Origin: Eledone cirrhosa
Lineage: Eukaryota
NCBI GenBank assembly: GCA_964016885.1
Contig: OZ024741.1
Location: 87,048,001 to 87,112,000 of the forward strand
DNA: 64,000 nucleotides
Direction: 5' to 3'
Part shown: positions 11,643-23,324 of the stretch, piece after piece
How the letters are laid out: every line of letters starts with the position of its first letter
How positions within the stretch are numbered: the first letter of the stretch is position 1
Position numbers and translations under genes: made by a program
Notes under the pieces: model-generated
What the model was told of the DNA's origin: nothing
The model's input: only the letters and a program-made list of their open reading frames with translations
The model's database searches: none

Positions 11643-13858
11643 CCTTGAGTCTCAGTCATTGATGTTAGTTAACTGGAAAGTCCGTTGGAATGAATATCAA
11701 GCCACTACCTGCAGCCTCAGATATTCAGGATGTATCGGAGGGTTCTTGCTGTTCCCAGCAAGCATGCCTTTTGAAGCGTTCCAAAAAGCGTGAAGGGGCC
11801 GATTTTCTTTAACCATCCCTGGAAACTTTTGGAGATAGTCCCCAGTGCGCCTATGACAATCGGGATCACTTTGACTTCATGGCAGTTCCAAATCCTTTTT
11901 ACCTCCCACTTTAAGTCCTGGTATCGGTTAATTTTCTCCCTCTCCTTCTCTTGCACTCTCGTGTCGAATGGGCAGGCTACATCCACAATCAGGCATGATC
12001 TTTTTACCTTGTCCAAAACCACCAGGTCAGGTCTATCGTGTTCCAGCTTCTTGTCCGTCTGTATCCGAAAATCCCACAGCACCTTCACCTGATCGTTCTC
12101 TATCACCGCCTCTGGCTTATGCTCATACCATTTCTCAGAATGTGGTAAATTGTTTACTTTGCACAGGTGCCAGTGGATCACCCTGCCCATCACATCATGT
12201 CTCCAGCCCTTATAGTGGGTCTGGGCTAGGTGTTTACACTCGGATACAATGTGAGCCACAGTCTCCTCTCTCTCTCCACAGATCCTGCACAGTGGGCTAG
12301 CCTCCTCCTTGTAAATATGGTGTTTCAACCACTTCGTTTTGAGGGCCTGCTCCTGCGCAGCTATTAACATTCCTTCTGTAGCCTTTTTGAGGTCTCCTCT
12401 TCTCAACCAGTTCCATGTCTGTGGATCTCTAAATTCAGTTTTCTCAAAGAAGGTACTATGAAGGATTTTTCCTGAAGGCTGCTCTTTCTCCTTGATGTTA
12501 TTTCCTCCTTGGACATCCCCTGGCTTATTGTCCCCTACTTCAGTACAGTTCTGAGCATTGGCTCCTTACTATCAGTCACGTATTTGTGTAGGTTGTTTTT
12601 CTCCATCTGAACACAGTCCTCTATGCTGATAAGACCTCTTCCACCCTCAGATCTCCTTAAGTAGAGTCTATCGACATCACTCCTCTTGTGGAACATGTTG
12701 TAGATAGTCAATAGCTTCCTAGTCTTCCTATCCATTTCTTTTTGTCCAGCAACATTCCATCTCAGGATTCCCGCACTGTACCTAATAATAGACACAGCTC
12801 GGGAATTTACTGCGCTTATGGCATTTCTGCTGTTCAGATGTGACTTCAATACGCTCCTTACTCTCCGAATGTATTCAGTTCTTAACAATTCCTTCATTTT
12901 TTTGTTCTTTATGCCATCAGCCTCCAGAACGCCCAAATACTTGTATCCTTCCTCAGAGTCAATTTCCTTTATCATCTCACCTGTTGGTATCTGGATTCCG
13001 TTACTTCTGCTCAACCTACCCCTCCTCATCACAATGACTCCACACTTACTAATACCAAACTGCATACATATATCACTGCTGAAAATACGGACAGTGTCAA
13101 CAAGCACATCCAACTCCTTCTCACTCTTCCCGAAGAGCTTAAGATCGTCCATGAAGAGGAGGTGATTGATGGTAAGCCCTCCCTTTCCTAACCTGTATCC
13201 TGCTCTCACTTTTCGCAGTACACTGGTCAGGGGCATCAGGGCAAGGACAAACAGCAGAGGGGACAGGCTATCTCCCTGGAAGATACCTCTCTTGATTTTC
13301 ACGTTTCCCAAGGATTCTCCAGTTGATATTAACTCTGTTTCCCAGGACTTCATACTTTTGCCCAACAATTGTCTGATGTTATCTGCCACCTTGAAGATCT
13401 CCAGGCTTTTGGTGATCCAAGAATGAGGCACCATGTCAAATGCCTTTCTGTAGTCTATCCATCCCATGGCAAGATCAGTGTGTCTCCTCCTGCAATTCCC
13501 CATTACCATCTTATCAATAAGTAACTGGTCCTTTGTACCACGTGACTTCTTTCGGCATCCTTTCTGTTCGTCCGGTAACAAGTTGTTTGTGTGGAGGTGA
13601 TGGTAGATTTCCTCAGACACAATGCTCGTCAACAGTTTCCACATTACGGACAGACATGTGATAGGTCTACAGTTAGTAACATCATTAGCCTTGATTCGGT
13701 CTTTCATTATCAGAACTGCGGTACCTTTTGTCAACCACTCTGGTACCTCACCTGACATCAAGCAGTCATTGAACATGGTTGTCAGTTTCGGGTGGAGGGA
13801 TGTTATATTTTTAATCCAATACCCTTGCACACCATCTGGGCCTGGTGATTTCCAGTTG

Positions 13859-13860
<2 letters not shown>
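11643..13860 (-). mobile_element. R4/Dong-like RLE element, family B, copy B1 (5'-truncated, frameshifted)
   Basis: ORF 12535-13830 (RT: WIDYRKAFD, FMDD) and ORF 11717-12406 (CRIC..H....C, RHD, RPD...VD). (TAT)n at 13861-13912. Confidence 0.92.
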
Positions 13861-13912
<52 letters not shown>

Positions 13913-16900
13913 GGCGACCTACGTAGTAAATCGTATCATCGGGAGCTCCGCAAAGGTTTGGTGTTTTCAGTTGTTTATAATTGCCATTTATGGAAATTTT
14001 TTATTGTTAACTGTATATAAGTGCACATACATTGTTTTCTGAAAAGGACGCTCAAAAAGATTGGGGCCTTGAGCCCCAAAATTTAAACTTTTATAATTAT
14101 CAAACAAAAATTTATTTGAAAAATATCATGGATGACACAAAAATATAAGCAGTAGCAATATTTTAAATTTGTCTCAGGCAGACATTTATTTCCCGCTATT
14201 ACCAATGATTGCAGGTGTTAAAGCCGTCACTCCCACCACCACCACAGCGACAACAGAAACAAAAGAAAAAAATAAATTAACTCATGATATCGAAATGAAT
14301 TCAACCAAAATGAACTCTTCCACACCGAACACCACTGACGCCACCAGCACCACAACTGAAACTAAAATTAACAATAACAAAAATAACGATAACAACAACA
14401 GCAACAATGAAATTAAGAAAACCACCTTGAGTTTTACCAGAGTACAAAACAGTGCGAAGCGATACAGGTAACTCAGGAGGAATTAGAAGAAGCCAAAAGA
14501 ATGGTAAAGAAAGATGGGTACAGGGTCAGTCCCCCCCCCCCCACCTAATAAAATGGAGCATCGTCGCCTATGCACCGTGTCTTATCGGACAATTAACATA
14601 AAATCGCGCCGAGTGGAACGGGCACCCGAGTCCCAAATCCAAAAAGCTTTGAGACATGTGTGGGAAAAAAAACTCCACATCAGACGTGGGCAGAAATATG
14701 GAACCGTGGACGTGTTCTTTGAAACACCACAGGAGACCAGAGAACACTCCATGGCCCCATTAAGCAGTGACGGCTTCACACTCGTCCCAAGCTATTGTGG
14801 CCAGAGACTCGTGAAGATCAGGGTGACCCACGTTCCACCGGCCATCGAAATTCCTGGCTAATGGCTGCCGTCCTCGCCGGCATCGAGGCCAACACCAAGA
14901 TAATCGTAATAACGAATGAAAAGCAGGAGAACTGGTCTAGATCTGGGATGGAGCTCCTGATCCAAGCGGACCATAAAAGCATTGAGGAGATCCCAGAAGT
15001 AATAGACCTCACTGACGGCAGCCACATCACCGTAATCGTCGAGGGCAGAAGGCCTAGGTGTGTCGTTTGTGGTGAAGGAACCCACCTAAGGGCTTTCTGT
15101 CCTCAGGCTAAAAGGTTGAGGCCACCTCTCTTACCCACCCCAGTGACTCAACCATCAACACCACCAGCAGCAGAGATGAGAGCAACAACTGTAGCAGCAA
15201 CAACAGAAGCAACTGTAACAGCAACAACCGCAGCAACAGGAGCAAAACCAACACCACTACCACCCAACGCGCCAGAACTAGCACCAGCGCCTACACCATC
15301 CACCATGCCACAACCAAAACCAACGCCTGTGGAGGATTTTCCACTTCCCGACTTATCGCAACTGGAGACAGATTGTGACGACGAGGAGTGGGAAACGGTA
15401 TCAGGAAAAAAGAAAAAAAGAAACCAAAAAAGAAAAAATTCTCTTCCTTCCCCTCCAAAAACAAAATACAGAGGGAAACAAATAAACTATCAAACAAAAA
15501 AGTTAGGACAGATATGCCACCATCCACACCAGCATCACCAACCCCATCACCAGAAACACCAACACCATCACCATCATTAACCCCAACACCACCATCACCA
15601 ACACCACAAAAGTCACCAAAAAGCGAAACAGAAAGAAACCCACAACAAACGCAAACAAAACAAAACAACCAAAACGATACACACTACACAGCATTAAATT
15701 TGAACAACAACCACTCCATTTCAGCATGACCTCACTCAGAATAGGAAGCATAAATGCGCGTGGCTTGGGGTCGTCATGGAAGCAGGGCCACCTGCTCAAC
15801 GAACTCAACGACCTTAGGTCACTAAACATAGATGTAGTGGCCATCAGCGAGACCAGAAACTCCGAAGCACGGGCTTTCGCACCGATCTTCGGCGGCTACG
15901 ATGTGTACGCATCTCCCAGCCGTCCGGGATGGGGGGGGGGGGAGGAGTTGCTGTGCTTTTTCGGAGAGGTTTGGATCTCGCCATATAGGCCATCTTCCTT
16001 GACCCAGAAGGTAAGTTGGTGGTGCTAGACGTGACCAGCGGAGACGGGCAAGCTTTCAGGCTAGTGGCCGTCTATGCCCCGACAGGAGCAGGGCGGCCTG
16101 ATTTCTTCCGGCGTCTGGAAACCTTTGTTGGAACGTCCCGCACTTTAGTGTTAGTGGGCGACTGGAACGGGATCTTAGATGTACGCTGCGAATGTGTGGG
16201 ATTAGCGGATAGGGGAGGAGTGTGCAAGAGCCTCACCAACCTGCTCAGGCGTTTTCAACTGTCTGACAGGTACCGATTGGATTTCCCGAATGTGCCAATG
16301 TGGACTTGGACAAACCGCATAGGGTCATCCAGATCATATCTAGATAGAGTATTTTGTAGGGAAATAGATAGGTCTAGCATAGGCTGTCCACAATTCAAGA
16401 TAGTCAGCTACACGGACCACAAATTCGTGATCTGTGTGCTTGACTTAGATAGGCTTCATAGACGAGGACCCGGCTACTGGAAGCTAAACGCGTCCTTACC
16501 AGCGCGGAAGGCCTACAGAGCTCGGATTAGCGAACTAGTTAAGCGGGCGTTGACGGGGGCCATCGTCAACAACAAGTGGTGGTTTGCTCTGAAAAGAGCG
16601 ATTAGAATAGAGTCCATTAGGTTTAGTAAGGCTTTAGCAATAGAGAAAAATAGAGCAGAGGGAGAACTAGTTAGGAAATTAGACGAGGCGCTTAGCAAAG
16701 GCATCGCGACCGACGTACTTGCGGCGAAATTGGCCCTTGACCAATTTTTCAATGCAAAGCACGAAGGCTGCGTTGTCAGAGCTAGGGTGTGTGCTCTCAG
16801 ACACGAGGGGACAAAAGCCGTTCAATGGGCCCGAGTGGCGGAGGCACGTCGTGGCAACAAAGCCACGATCCGGTCTTTGGTGGACGACGACGTGCGCATG

Positions 16901-18453
16901 CCTCTCGATCCCGGGAAAATGTGTGAAGCTTTTCAGCGACACTTCGCACAGCTGTTCGGGGGTAGCGGCGAGACGGATCGAGGGATGGACTTTAGTGTCT
17001 ACCTCGACGGACTGCCGCGACTCTCGGCCACTGAGGCGGAGTGTCGCGAAAAGCCGATAACAGCCGCTGAAGTACGGGAGGCAATGACTGGCTGCACAAG
17101 GGGTAAATCGCCTGGTTTGGATGGTCTGCCCTATGAACTTTACGTACGGAGGCCTCTTCGCGGACGTCTACTGCAACTGGCAACAGAACGGGAGAATTCC
17201 CAGTTCTGTGAGCCGAGGAGCGGTGGCGCTGCTGAGAAAGGATCCGAACAAGGGGGATAACATAGATAATTTCAGGCCCATAACTCTGCTAAACACAGAG
17301 TTCAAGATTTTAGCCAAGGTGCTAGCAAAGAGGTTGGCGCTTGTCGTTGGTCCTCTGGTGGGAGAGGCGCAGACGTGCGCCATTCCCGACAGATCCACCC
17401 ACGACAACCGCCACATTATGCGATACATCGTAAAGAGGGTAGCTAGGGAACCTGGCACGGGTGGGTCCTTGATCAATTTAGATCAGTCGAAAGCTTTCGA
17501 TAGGGTCGACCAACGCTACCTAGCGGCAGTCCTGAGGGCGGCTGGCTTTGGGCCCGTCTTCAGAGGCTGGATCGCTGCCATGCACAGCGACATCTGCTCT
17601 GTGGTGAGAGTGAACGGTCACATTTCGGAACCGTTCAACATCATACGCTCGGTCCGCCAAGGATATCCCCTCTCGTCCCTCTTGTACGTATTGACTCTCG
17701 AGCCATTACTGCACAAACTGGAGACGTTGAGGGGGGTCTCGCGCGAACTAGGATGCGGAAGATCCGTGTCAGCATATGCGGACGATGTCACCGTAGTGGT
17801 GTCGAATGCCAAACACATCAAGGCGATCGGCACTACACTAAGAGAATACGAAGCGGTGACAGGAGCAATGATCAACCAGGAAAAGTCAGTGGGCCTGCAG
17901 CTCGGCACCTGGAGAGGCAGGTCCATGCCGTCCAACAGCGTCGTCGGACGCTGGACGGACGGACCGGTTAAATTGCTAGGGGTCTGGTTCGGTCCGGACC
18001 TCCAGACGGACAAAAACTAGGACGAGGTGACGAGCAGGGTGGCCTCTCTCACCCAGAAATGGGCGGAGAGGAAGCTATCCCTGAAAGGTCGAGCGGAGGT
18101 GGCCAGCGCGCACATCGCGTCCGTCATCTACTACCGCCTGACCGTCGTACCTTGTCCTAAGCCCCGCCTGACTGCGCTGGAGCGTTTGCTCTTTCGCTTT
18201 TAGTGGAAGGGACGCGCTCCGATGGTCAGGCGTTCCATCTACTGTCAACACCCGCTACGTGGAGGGCTGGGAATGCCATGGCTGATGATGCGCAGACACG
18301 CGGTCAGGCTACGACATCTCCACCCCTTCCTCGACGGTGATCAGGTGTGGTCTCCGTTTGCTAGACGCGTCTTTCCCCAGCTGGTCTCCTTGACGAAGCT
18401 GCAGTCCTGGGTCAAGCGAACACCGAGAGGGAGTGCTTGGAGACTGGAATGTC
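13913..18453 (+). mobile_element. Tx1-like element copy T2 (divergent ORF1, degenerate ORF2, 3' end lost at the inversion junction)
   Basis: ORF1 fragments 14169-15729 with knuckle CVVCGEGTHLRAFC. ORF2 from 15726 is nearly identical to T1 but has frameshifts (G-run ~15931, deletion ~17147) and a stop at 18018-18020. Confidence 0.92.
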
Positions 18454-19597
18454 AGTACAAGACAATACAGGATGGTACAAATGGGCATTTCTTCGTGTAA
18501 AAAACAAAAACAGAGGATGTAACAAAAAAAAAAAACAATGAAAAATTCCCCAATAAAAGGGAGACTTCCGAGGGACATTTGTGGAGAAAGCCCATTAAAA
18601 GGCCACAGTGACCCTGACCACCAGGGCAAGTGCCCTCTCCCAGTTTTCCACCTTTAATTTACAGACACATATTCAGAGTAGGCCCATTCACTCGGGCCAT
18701 ACTTGCTTCTCTCACCCATCTTTCAACAAAATGCTGGGAAGAGAGCAGTTCCCTCTCTACCCTGATTTTCCTTTTCAAATGAAATTTGAAAAAGTTAATC
18801 AGGGCATCACCGAAGAGGTAAGTGCTCGTCTTCAGCCCTTTCAAACGTGTCCACCATACTATCTCTTTCGCCATGGCCACCAGACAGATAAAAACTGCCT
18901 GCCCTTCCCGGCTAAAGGAAGAGGGCGGGGCAATCCTCACGATGGACTGAGCTGAGAGCTGGATCTGTCCTACACGTGACAGCAGGTGTTCGACATAAAC
19001 CCACAAGTCAGCAATGCTCGGACACTGGACGAGTGCGTGCAGGACGGTTTCGTCGCCCTGTGCGCATCTCGGACATGCCCGGCTAACGGCACCTCCATGC
19101 CTGTAGAGTTTATCCCGAACTGGCAAAGCTCCTCGGTAGCACTTCCGAAGAGATTGGCTAGTTGATTTTCGTCGACGCCTAGAGTTTCTCCAAGTACGTC
19201 GTCGCTCTTCCCCTCCACTAAACCTCTATAGAACGCCAAGATGGAGTTTCCACCGATCACATTGCCCGATTGGTCGAGGGCTGTGAGCGCCTGAAGTCAT
19301 TCCAGTCTCCAAGCGCTCCCTCTCGGTCTTCGCTTGACCCAGGACTGCAGCTCCGTCAAGGAGACGAGCTGGGGAAAGACGTGTCTAGCAAACGGCGACC
19401 ACACCTGATCACCGTCGAGGAAGAGGTGGAGATGTCGTAGCCTGAGCGCGTGTCTGCTCATCATCAGCCACGGCATGCCCAGCCCTCCACGTAGCGGTTG
19501 TTGACAGCAGATAGACCGCCTGGCCATCGGATCGCGTCCCTTCCACAAAATGCGAAAGAGCAAACGCTCCAGCGCAGTCAGGCGGGGCTTAGGACAA
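18453..19597 (-). mobile_element. Tx1-like 3' fragment (ORF2 C-terminus + 3'UTR), inverted relative to T2
   Basis: ORFs 18659-19126 and 19297-19686 match the T1 ORF2 C-terminus, with an internal deletion of about 50 bp near 19145. Confidence 0.9.
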
Positions 19598-19792
19598 AAA
19601 AAATAACAGGATGTAACAAAAAATAACAATGAAAAATTTCCCAATAGGGGGGAGAATTCTGAGGGACATTTGTGGAGAAAGCCCATTAAAAGGCCACAGT
19701 GACCCTGACCACCAGGGCAAGTGCCCTCTCCCAGTTTGCCACCTTTAATTTACAGACACATACTCAGAGAAGGCCCATTTACTCGGGCCATA
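19596..19792 (-). mobile_element. Short Tx1-like 3'UTR fragment
   Basis: Reverse complement matches T1 ~7877-8085. Followed on the right by degenerate (AAT)n. Confidence 0.85.
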
Positions 19793-19817
19793 AAAATAAT
19801 AATAATAAAAATAATAA

Positions 19818-20025
19818 GCGCACTGGGGACTATCTCCAAAGGTTTCCAGGGATGGTTAAAGAAAATCGGCCCCTTCACGCTTTTTGGAACGCTTCAAAAG
19901 GCATGCTTGCTTGGAACGGCAAGAACCCTCCGATACGTCCTGAATATCTGAGGCTGCAGGTAGTGGCTTGATATTCAATCCAACGGACTTTCCAGTTAAC
20001 CAACATCAATGACTGAGATTCAAGG
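19818..20025 (+). mobile_element. Family B 3'-terminal fragment, copy B2
   Basis: Encodes ALGTISK...ARTLRYVLNI* plus the B 3'UTR. Flanked by (AAT)n. Confidence 0.9.
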
Positions 20026-20060
20026 AATAACAATAACAATAATAATAATAATAATAATAA

Positions 20061-23000
20061 CGAGATTGGTCTATTTAAATTAGATGAACAAAAATTGGCC
20101 GGGCAGGCTCGGGTAATAAGAACTAATGGGTGGATAAGCGAGCTGGAACTGGAGGAACTGAGCAGAGAGAATGGCTTGGAGATGGCGGGTGTAGTATGCC
20201 AGACAAGCGAGCCAGTGGGAAATGAAGGTGAAGAGGTCCTGAGAACGGCGGAACCACCCGAAACAGACAATGATCTGAATACTGAGATAAATAATACCTG
20301 GAACAGAGATACGGCCACTGAGGAGATGAATGCTGACGGGCTAGGACAAGATTCGGTTGACATCCTAAATTTAGTGGTAGATGAATTGAACAATGATAGT
20401 GGGAGACCTATGAACCTAAGATTTGTAGACAGGAAAAAGTTAAAAGAAACAACAGCTAAGGTAAACAAAGTCATCCCATACCTTGAGGCGAGGAGCCTTC
20501 ACCAGTGCAACAATATCCTCAAAGCAACAGCAAATACGGTGAGGAAACTACTTGGTATAAAAGCGAGAGCAAACAACAGACAAGAAAGAGCAGAGCCGTG
20601 GTGGAAGAAACGACTGAGTGGTCAAATCGGGGAAATGAGAAATGATATAGGAAAGCTTGAGTCACTACTGAATGGGACACTAAAAAACATAGGCACTAAA
20701 AATAGACTGGAAATAAAGTACAAAACTAGGAGGAAAAAGCTAAATATTATCATAGAGGAACTGAAGCAACGCATTGTAGCAAAGAGTGCAAAAATCAGGC
20801 GATACGAGAACAGAGTCAGTCAGTATAAACAGAACCGCATGTTCGACAACAACCAGAAGATGCTGTTTGGACAGCTTGAGGGGAAAGAAAGAGGCAACGA
20901 CTTGATCCCTGGGGCGGAGCAAACTAAAACATTCTGGAGAGGAATATGGGAGCAGGATGTTAGACATAATGTCCAGGCAGGGTGGATTGAGACAGTACAG
21001 AGGGAGATCGGTGAGCAGGCACACCAACAAACTGATTTGAGTATCACAGTTGAAACTCTTAAGGGGCAGGCCAAAAAACTAACCAACTGGAAATCACCAG
21101 GCCCAGATGGTGTGCAGGGGTATTGGATTAAAAATTTAACATCCCTCCACCCGAAGCTGACGGCCATGTTCAATGACTGCTTGGTGTCGGGTGAGGTGCC
21201 AGAGTGGTTGACAAAAGGTGCCACAGTTCTGATAAAGAAAGACCGAATCAAGGGTAATGATGTTACCAACTATAGACCTATCACATGTCTGTCCGTAATG
21301 TGGAAACTGTTGACGAGCATTGTGTCTGAGGAAATCTACCATCACCTCCACACAAACAACTTGTTACCGGACGAACAGAAAGGATGCCGAAAGAAGTCAC
21401 GTGGTACAAAGGACCAGTTACTTATTGATAAGATGGTAATGGGGAATTGCAGGAGGAGACACACTGATCTTGCCATGGGATGGATAGACTACAGAAAGGC
21501 ATTTGACATGGTGCCTCATTATTGGAGAAAAGCCTGGAGATCTTCAGGGTGGCAGATAACATCAGACAGTTGCTGGGCAGGAGTATGGGGTCCTGGGAGA
21601 CAGAGTTGACATCAACTGGAGTATCCTTGGGGAGCGTGAAGCTCAAGAGAGGTATCTTCCAGGGAGATAGCCTGTCCCCTCTGTTGTTTGTCCTTGCCCT
21701 GATGCCCTTGACCATTATGCTGCGAAAAGTGAGAGCAGGATACAAGTTGGGAAAGGGAGAGCTTACCATCAATCACCTCCTCTTCATGGACGATCTTAAG
21801 CTCTTCGGGAAAAGTGAGAAGGAGTTGGATGTGCTTGTTGACACTGTCCGTATTTTCAGCAATGATATATGTATGCAGTTTGGTATTAGTAAATGTGGAG
21901 TCATTGTGATGAGGAGGGGTAGGTTGAGCAGAAGTAACGGAATCCAGGTACCACCAGGTGAGATGACAAAGGAAATTGACTCTGAGGAAGGATACAAGTA
22001 TTTAGGTGTTCTGGAGGCTGATGGCATAAAGAACAAAAAAATGAAGGAATTGTTAAGAACTGAATACATTCGGAGAGTAAGGAGCGTATTAAAGTCACAT
22101 CTGAACAGCAGAAATGCCATAAGCGCAGTAAATTCCCGAGCTGTGTCTATTATTAGGTACAGTGCGGGAATTCTGAGATGGAATGTTGCTGAACAAAAAG
22201 AAATGGATAGGAAGACTAGGAAGCTATTGACTATCTACAACATGTTCCACAAGAGGAGTGATGTCGATAGACTCTACCTAAGGAGATCTGAGGGTGGAAG
22301 AGGTCTTATCAGCATAGAGCACAGTGTTCAGATGGAGAAAAACAACCTATACAAATACGTGACCTATAGTAAGGAGCCAATGCTCAGAACTGTACTGAAG
22401 GAGGGGACAGTAGGCCAGGGGATGTCCAAGGAGGAAATAACATCAAGGAGGAAGAGCAGCCTTAAGGGAAAATCCCTTCATAGTACCTTCTTTGAGAAAA
22501 CTGAATTTAGAGATCCACAGACATGGAACTGGTTGAGAAGAGGAGACCTCAAAAAGGCTACAGAAGGAATGCTAATGGCTGCGCAGTAGCAGGCCCTCAA
22601 CACGAAGTGGTTGAAGCACCATATTTACAAGGAGGAGGCTAGCCCACTGTGCAGGATCTGTGGAGAGAGAGAGGAGACTGTGGCTCACATTGTGTCCGAG
22701 TGTAAACACCTAGCCCAGACCCACTATAAGGGCTGGAGACACGATGTGATGGGCAGGGTGATCCACTGGCACCTGTGCAAAGTAAACAATTTACCACATT
22801 CTGAGAAATGGTATGAGCATAGACCAGAGGCGGCGATGGAGAACAATCACGTGAAGGTGCTGTGGGATTTTAGGATACAGACGGACAAAAAACTGGAACA
22901 CGATAGACCTGACCTGGTGGTTGTGGACAAAGAAAAAAGATCGTGTCTGATTGTGGATGTGGCCTGCCCTTTCGACACGAGAGTGCAAGAGAAGGAGAGG

Positions 23001-23296
23001 GAGAAAATTAACCGATACCAGGAGCTAAAGTGGGAGGTGAAAAGGATTTGGAACTGCCATGAAGTCAAAGTGATCCCGATTGTCATAGGCGCACTGGGGA
23101 CTATCTCCAAAAGTTTCCAGGGATGGTTAAAGAAAATCTGCCCCTTCACGCTTTTTGGAACGCTTCAAAAGGCATGCTTGCTTGGAACAGCAAGAACCCT
23201 CCGATACGTCCTGAATATCTGAGGCTGCAGGTAGCGGCTTGATATTCATTCCAACGGACTTTCCAGTTAACCAACATCAATGACTGAGATTCAAGG
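20061..23296 (+). mobile_element. R4/Dong-like family B copy B3 (near full length, pseudogenised)
   Basis: ORFs 20095-21609, 21522-22589 and 22611-23222 are collinear pieces of one RT-RLE protein, with a frameshift at ~21520 and a TAG at 22587-22589. Confidence 0.93.
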
Positions 23297-23324
23297 AATA
23301 ACAACAATAATAATAATAATAATA

